Below, one piece after another: positions 27,113 to 32,000 of a stretch of 32,000 nt of DNA (within the stretch, counting starts at the first letter, position 1; each line of letters opens with the position of its first letter). Origin of the DNA: Candidatus Methylomirabilis limnetica (GTDB taxonomy: Bacteria > Methylomirabilota > Methylomirabilia > Methylomirabilales > Methylomirabilaceae); contig NZ_NVQC01000028.1 of the NCBI RefSeq assembly GCF_003044035.1, positions 64,168 through 96,167 on the forward strand, given 5' to 3'. Both the position numbers and the translations under genes were made by a program. The notes beneath the pieces were generated by a model. The model had not been told where the DNA came from, did not search any database, and was given only the letters and a program-made list of their open reading frames with translations.

Positions 27113-27249
27113 CCCTCTTTTCCAAAGAGGGGGACTAACCGTTTCCCCCTTTGAAAAAGGGGGCGGGGGTTTATCTTGAATGGAGGACACCATGATGCGC
27201 CGGAGGGCGGAGGGAGAAACCCCCTTCGATCCCCCTTTGCCAAAGGGGG
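27113..27249. repeat. Cluster of three G/C hairpin repeat units (27113-27133, 27145-27175, 27216-27249)
   Basis: CCCTCTTT-TCC-AAAGAGGG; CCCCCTTT-GAA-AAAGGGGG+CGGGGGTTTATC; inverted copy GAAACCCCCTTCGAT+CCCCCTTTG-C-CAAAGGGGG. Same family as 2801-2836. Confidence 0.65.
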
Positions 27250-27283
27250 AGATCGGAAGAACCAATTTTCTCTTGTGACTTAC

Positions 27284-27510
27284 TCGATAATTTGGCCAAT
27301 TTTTAATCGTAATGTGGCCACGACGGAATCGTAATCTGTTGATTTTAAATCGCACGCATTTCTCCACCTCGGCGCTGTTTACAGCATATGTTGGCCGAAA
27401 GTGCATTTTATAACCATAACGTTGCCAAAAGTGCAGTGTTGCGTATTCCGATCAAAGTTGCCACCCATTCCGATTGAACTCGGCCAGGCGTTTCGATACT
27501 CGTGTAGGTT
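27284..27510 (+). repeat. Degenerate direct-repeat array with ~22-bp period (TCGAT/TCGTA-N5-6-TTGGCCA-like units) plus two GTTG(G)CC(G/A)AAAGTGCA copies
   Basis: Unit anchors at 27284, 27307, 27329, 27350 and at 27447, 27469, 27492. 15-mers at 27390-27405 and 27421-27435. Confidence 0.5.
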
Positions 27511-27951
27511 AGCGTGGACATAATGTCCTGAAGGTTCAGGAAACTCCAAGACGAGTTGGGCAAAGGGTAGCGAACCGCAAACTCTTCGGGCCGTATTGTC
27601 GCAAACGTCCTTCGGAAATGCCGCGCTTGCGCACCTAGCTCACCACTACTAATCCACCCTCCGGGGAGTCCACATTACGGGGGTGGAATCTTTTAAAGAG
27701 TTTAGCGGCAGGGAGAAATGCGGGAAGGTCTTGGTGTGCGAGTCGTTTATGGTAGCCTGCGAACGACTCCGGCGATAGCGGCTGGGGTGACGGATCGTGT
27801 GGGGAGTTTAGAGGATTTTGTGGATGGGAAGTCGAATGGGTAGAACTGCTCAAAGACCGCCCTGTTTTTCGAAGGGATTTAGGTGCAGTAAGGAAACCAG
27901 GGGCCATCACTTTCCTACTTTGCTGGCCAGAGATCAGAGATCGACTCTTGG

Positions 27952-28149
27952 CTAGACCGTGAGGGCCTTGTATAGAAAGCGACGGATGTAGTTCCTGCTG
28001 TCCTTCGGCAGCGTTTGCCAGTAGGGTTTGATCTCAAGGACCAACAGGTCAGTTTCCTCATCCTCAAAACGCCGGGACTCTTGCGACATTGAATCCTGGG
28101 ATTCTTGTCTCTCCGCTGCGACTTTCTCCTCTCTAGCCTTTGCTTCCAT
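27952..28149 (-). CDS. Small protein, 65 aa, acidic N-terminal half and basic C-terminal helix
   Basis: ATG preceded by AGGAGGGG (4-nt spacer) embedded in the end of the upstream gene. 17-nt overlap suggests translational coupling. Confidence 0.5.
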   Translation of the reverse strand: MEAKAREEKVAAERQESQDSMSQESRRFEDEETDLLVLEIKPYWQTLPKDSRNYIRRFLYKALTV

Positions 28150-29113
28150 GCACCCCTCCTGTTTCTAATGAAACTTCCTTTGCGTTCTGGGTCGCAGGTA
28201 GAGCCTTACTTAATAGCAGATGAAGTCTATAAGTAAACCTTATAAGGGCAAAAAAAGGTTCTAATGTAGTTCTTACCGCTTCCTTAAATCGAGCCTCATC
28301 TCTGAAGTAATCAGCCACATCGCAGTCCAATGATAGCACACCTACGAATTCTTGAGACTTGTCGAGTTTATCGGTAAACATCACAGGAAAACAAGCTATC
28401 GATTTTATGCGGTGGTGTCGCTGGCTCTTTGATGTAAGGCCATGTAGGTCATCCTTGCGAACATCTGGCACAACAACGATTGCCTTTTCTGCCCAACATG
28501 TTCCCGCGCAACCCTCATTCAATATAAAGCCTTCTCTGTTCGAGGAGGGGGAGTTGTCTGAATTTACATATGCGACCACCTGAAGCTTCTGCCCAATCGG
28601 CATGAGGAAACCGACAGTAAGATGAATATTCAGATCCCGGTTGCCCTTAGCAACCACCCAGAAAACTTCCTTCAGGATCACCTCTACAATTTCTGCGTAA
28701 TTGAACCTTGCGTGTTCAACTATTTCCATCAGAGTTGGCTGGCCGGCAAAAAAACGTTCCAGACCGTACATGGTGTTGTTTGTCAGCCGCCTCACTGATA
28801 CAAGGACAGCCCTTAGATCCATCAGGACATCGTTAACAAGCTTGAGGTGCGTATTGATCTGGTCCAGAGTGCTCTGATTGGCTGTTGCCTGCATCTTGCG
28901 CCGCTTGAAGTGGCTGAACGGAAATATGACAAAAAAGTACAAAATAATGCAAGTCCAGAATGCTACTGCCTCATTCGGGCTCCTTGCTGAATCAATCTGC
29001 GAGCGCCATATTCCTAGACCGAGGGGTATGGCAACAAGAACGAACTGGAAAAAGAAACCATACAGTTGATTTTCTGGGAATTTCTGCTCTGGTGTCCTTA
29101 TTTCAATATGCAT
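28133..29113 (-). CDS. Membrane-anchored (2 TM) GAF-domain protein without an output domain
   Basis: TM helices LYGFFFQFVLVAIPLGLGIW and AVAFWTCIILYFFVIFPF. GAF-like pattern GCAGTCWAEKAIVVVPDVRKDD ... SIACFPVM ... FVGVLSLD. Low-GC codon usage. Confidence 0.7.
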   Translation of the reverse strand: MHIEIRTPEQKFPENQLYGFFFQFVLVAIPLGLGIWRSQIDSARSPNEAVAFWTCIILYFFVIFPFSHFKRRKMQATANQSTLDQINTHLKLVNDVLMDLRAVLVSVRRLTNNTMYGLERFFAGQPTLMEIVEHARFNYAEIVEVILKEVFWVVAKGNRDLNIHLTVGFLMPIGQKLQVVAYVNSDNSPSSNREGFILNEGCAGTCWAEKAIVVVPDVRKDDLHGLTSKSQRHHRIKSIACFPVMFTDKLDKSQEFVGVLSLDCDVADYFRDEARFKEAVRTTLEPFFALIRFTYRLHLLLSKALPATQNAKEVSLETGGVHGSKG

Positions 29114-29668
29114 TAGCTGTCAGCCAAGCGCCGTACTGATTGAGTCGGATGGTTAGGAGTCTTCCTGGGCTGTGATTGGCGACTGCGCCGCGCCACGGGA
29201 CGCACAGGGGGATCTAAGCTGTAGCTGTTCCACGATCCTCCACAAATGGAAGAGTCTTGATATCCGATGACATTGCGCTCTCCTCGCCGACCGCGATCGT
29301 TAGGACTTTTTGGTATCATTTTCTCCGGCAATATTTCGATCAGTCTGGTGGCAACTCTTTCAGTCGCTTCGCAACTTCATTGGTTTTTGTGCTTCGTAGA
29401 GCTTTTGACGCTAGCATAACATCACTGGGACTAGAAGCAAAATACATACCAATCAAACCTGTATGCCCTTCAAATTTGGACAGCACCCCCTCACAATAGA
29501 CTGCATTAACTAGTTGTCACGTTAGCTTTCCGAATGCGGCGGGTAGTTTCATGCTTTAAGCATCGGCACTAGGGCTTGATCAGTCAAGTGCTGTTCCGCC
29601 GCGGTATTGGGTCAGTTTGAAAATGGACAGGGCTTGCCAGCAGATGTCGGCAGCCCTGCATTTAGGGT

Positions 29669-29916
29669 ATGCCTAAGCGCACAAGCAAGAAGCCACCCTC
29701 GGATATTAACCTGCTCGCCGTCTCAGTCGTCCAAGTGGCGACTGGAGAAAAACCCGCCAGTGAGAGCATCTCGCAAAAGAATCCTGCCGCTGTTCTACTT
29801 GGTAGGCTCGGTGGTCTCAAAGGCGGAAAAGCTAGGGCAGAAAAACTGACACCTTAGAAAGAAGCAAGATTGCTAGAAAGGCTGCTCACGTCAGATGGGG
29901 AAAGGGAGAAAGGTAA
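29669..29916 (+). pseudogene. Small basic protein gene (LGRLGGLKGGKARAEKLTP / ...RSKIARKAAHVRWG) interrupted by a frameshift near 29850
   Basis: Frame 1 stops at 29855-29857. The motif continues in the -1 frame (29851-29916: TLERSKIARKAAHVRWGKGER*). Confidence 0.5.
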
Positions 29917-29921
29917 GTATT

Positions 29922-30506
29922 CTATCTGTGCCTAGCTTTTTTCCTCTTCTTGTCTCGATTCCTTTGTTTCCGCTTTTCATCTTGACTCAGAGGCACCGCA
30001 TGGATTCCATGCTTTCTGTTGTGTTCATTAATTTCCTCAACAAAATCGATCGGTTCATTTGATGGCGTCCTGAACGTCCAATGCGTGTGCCCGTTATGAT
30101 TTGTAATCGCAAAGTCACCAAACGCAATAATGTCCATGCCTAAGAGGACGTCCGCCCCAGCGATCCCTCCATCGGAAACACGAACACCAACAATCCAGAC
30201 GTTGTTGGGCAAGTAAATGTTGACCAGGTATGTATTGGCTTCATATTCATGACTCTGATCACCAGCGCCAACACTGTGAACATTTTCTTTACCACTTGGT
30301 TGAAGATTTAGTTCTTGGGCAATCTTTGGGCTAATGACAGTAGCTGTGGCTCCACAATCCCAAACGGCAATGTATGGCCGTTTAATTGGCTCAGGTTGGC
30401 CCGTTGCTGGGTCATACGCTTCACTGATATGAACCTGATTCAGTAGTTCCCTGACAATTCCGTTGGATTTGGTGGTAAAGGCTCTGAGGCCAGGTAGGAA
30501 TTTCAC
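29922..30506 (-). CDS. Retropepsin-like (clan AA) aspartic protease with poly-basic C-terminal tail
   Basis: VWDCGATATVIS (D-x-G-A active-site loop with Cys in place of Thr/Ser), VLLGMDII motif, tail KRKQRNRDKKRKKARHR. GTG start with no in-frame ATG upstream of the catalytic motif. Confidence 0.7.
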   Translation of the reverse strand: MKFLPGLRAFTTKSNGIVRELLNQVHISEAYDPATGQPEPIKRPYIAVWDCGATATVISPKIAQELNLQPSGKENVHSVGAGDQSHEYEANTYLVNIYLPNNVWIVGVRVSDGGIAGADVLLGMDIIAFGDFAITNHNGHTHWTFRTPSNEPIDFVEEINEHNRKHGIHAVPLSQDEKRKQRNRDKKRKKARHR

Positions 30507-30541
30507 TGCGGAACTCAGTAACTGCGGATGAAATTAGACGG

Positions 30542-30778
30542 TTAGCCGAACGCCACACGCGAATGGTAGCGTTGGATGACGCGGTCTTTGCTAGGCACGC
30601 AATGCTGAAGAAGGAACTTCCCCAAGCCGTATTTTTTCTTCATCTCCTGGTAGGCTGTTAGTTCTGAATCAAAAACCCCTACAACCTCTTCATCTACAAT
30701 GGCAATAAATTTGCCATTGTAGCGCTCTATAAGGTCGCTTTCGTGGGTCTTAAAATAGTGATATTCCCGGTCAAGCAT
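30542..30778 (-). CDS. Small 78-aa protein co-transcribed with the protease (YNGKFIAIVDEEVVGV motif)
   Basis: ATG with GAGGGGA SD. 35-nt gap to the protease gene. Fold-like motif Y.GK.IAI....V. Confidence 0.65.
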   Translation of the reverse strand: MLDREYHYFKTHESDLIERYNGKFIAIVDEEVVGVFDSELTAYQEMKKKYGLGKFLLQHCVPSKDRVIQRYHSRVAFG

Positions 30779-30802
30779 GTTCCCCTCGCATTCATTTCCC
30801 GT

Positions 30803-30861
30803 TGAGGTTTTTCTATAAACCTCATATCGGTATATTAGTCACAGCTTCTTTCTTCGGTCAA
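30803..30861 (-). promoter_or_regulatory. Promoter TTGACC-N18-TAATAT (30832-30861) followed by 8-bp inverted repeat TGAGGTTT-N6-AAACCTCA (30803-30824)
   Basis: Hexamers and palindrome read directly. The palindrome sits at the predicted transcription start of the 78-aa/protease operon. Confidence 0.35.
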
Positions 30862-31071
30862 GTGATTATTCTCTTGACATGCTTGACCGCTCAAGTCGGT
30901 CCACTGTCCGTATGACCGGAGTAGCCAAGGGCGCGGTCCTAAAGCTACTGGCTAACCTTGGGGCGGTATGTAGTGAATATCAGCGACCAACCCTCCTTCT
31001 ATCACTCTCTCCATGCCGAAGTCAAGCCTGGCAGACGGTTTGGGTGTAAGACAAATTTATGGGTAAGCTTC

Positions 31072-31860
31072 TCACCCCGTTGCCCGATTTCCCCAAAACT
31101 CCTCCCACCGGCCACTGATCTGACAGCAACGTAGGGCGATAATTGCGTTGGCCCCTCTGACAGTCCATCTCATTCCCGACTGTTTGAGCCGTTGTCCCAC
31201 GATCGTTTTACAGCCGGCTTCAATAACTCCGGATCCTACAAACAAGCCCTGCTTTATCCATTCAGCATAGAGCATGCGATCTTGATTCGTCTCAAAATAC
31301 CCCACTGTTTTTTGAACTTCCCCCCAAACCGACGGGTTCTGCGGCTGCAGTCGTTTGATGGCAGCAATGACTTTTTTTACATCGCCTTCTTTCAGTTCAT
31401 CCTTTTGCTTTTTAAACCATCGTGTCACTTCTTCTCCCGTCGATCCATACACTAGCTTTCCAATAGTCCACAGGTGTTCCAAGGCATGAAACAGATCCAC
31501 GACGTGAATCGCGTTCGGAAAATGCTCGTCGCCGATCCCGCGAATCCATACAGCGCCATCCCCCAAAAGAATAACCTTCTGAGCCCGAGTCACACCTCGA
31601 CGCACAGCCTCGGCATAAATCCTTTTGCCAAATTCCTCTGCCGTCTCAATGGCTCCTACGTAAGTGGTGGAATCCTCGTCACGGATGGGGAACCCTTTCT
31701 GATCGAGTTGGGTCTGGGTAAAGACGCATCCCAATTTGGCTTCCCGAGTCTTTGCTATGGGTGTTTGCTTGCCCTTGCGCCCTTCGGTCTCGGATGGAAC
31801 AACCGGAACGCCAGTCCCGTCGATGGCGATGTAGAGCTTGGGAACAGGTGAAAAAAGAGG
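31072..31860 (-). mobile_element. 5'-truncated DDE transposase (ISKra4-like by recollection), C-terminal ~265 aa only
   Basis: IAIDGTGVPVV, AKLGCVFTQ, VILLGDGAVWI and VVDLFHALEHL contain the D, D, E positions. The N-terminal half of such transposases is missing. The boundary is approximate. Confidence 0.6.
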
Positions 31861-32000
31861 GATCACCTTGCCATCTGTGGCGATGCTTCCCTCCTCCACG
31901 GTCACCAGTTCGCAGCCCTTCGCACCCTGCTCTCTAATATGCCGGCCCTGAGGGTTGCCGGGATACACCACCCACGGATCCTTAGACACGATTTCCCTTG
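31861..32000 (-). pseudogene. Fragment of an SbcD/YhaO-like metallophosphoesterase (DNA repair exonuclease), fused in frame to the transposase fragment
   Basis: VVYPGNPQGRHIREQGAKGCELVTVEEG resembles the conserved segment of SbcD-like exonucleases. The frame is open to the window end. Assignment is by recollection only. Confidence 0.35.

Noticed and set aside
27113-27249. Possible CRISPR array, suggested by the repeated hairpins.
   Set aside because: There are only three units, of unequal sequence, mixed orientation and irregular spacing (about 11 and 40 nt). No cas genes are present.
27047-27406. 119-aa ORF (minus) and 2724..3107 (plus) with PPFSKGE / PLWKRG / PPFAKGGHGG peptides.
   Set aside because: These peptides are direct translations of the CCCCCTTTG...CAAAGGGGG hairpin repeats. 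They are repeat-derived artefacts, not genes.
27635-27910. 91-aa minus-strand ORF downstream of the 65-aa gene, and local stems at 27650-27690 and 27745-27775.
   Set aside because: The translation is S/P/H-rich and low in complexity, without SD. The stems are short (7-8 bp), and I could not tie them to any known RNA or to a terminator U-tract.

Overview
High-GC (about 60% by eye) bacterial chromosomal segment, mostly housekeeping genes. Plus strand: ileS (5' partial)-lspA-rluD, a universal stress protein, a stand-alone Smr protein, thiI and ilvE. Minus strand: class-I glutamine amidotransferase, glcG-like, corA, an NMO-family flavoenzyme, a lipoprotein-type cytochrome c, a nucleotide-sugar cluster (UDP-xylose synthase; then rfbA-rfbC-rfbB-cupin PMI-manC), a membrane-spanning MutS paralog, purU and an NfnAB/SudAB-like gltD pair. 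I found no rRNA, tRNA or CRISPR array. Five observations stand out. (1) Two tandem unannotated 29/30-codon hydrophobic mini-ORFs, each with its own SD and a shared promoter, sit in a 1.6-kb ORF-poor gap (4.4-6.1 kb). (2) A family of elements is built from phased 7-nt tandem repeats, often as inverted arms. They fill every intercistronic spacer of the rfb operon and the thiI/cytochrome c convergent spacer, form the termini of a ~165-bp direct repeat bracketing the sugar cassette, and sit inside the rluD reading frame. (3) A compact Y1-transposase (RAYT/IS200-like) unit is flanked by inverted 21-bp hairpin motifs, and a separate G/C hairpin repeat family is also present. (4) A lower-GC accessory island (about 27.3-32 kb) opens with a 22-bp-periodic repeat array. 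It carries a 2TM-GAF protein with an overlapping small ORF, a two-gene small-protein + retropepsin-like aspartic protease module with promoter and operator-like palindrome, a frameshifted small basic gene, and nested transposase and phosphoesterase wreckage. (5) The NfnA/SudB-like subunit has a ~265-aa HEAT-like N-terminal extension. All family assignments come from motif recognition by eye, with no database search.
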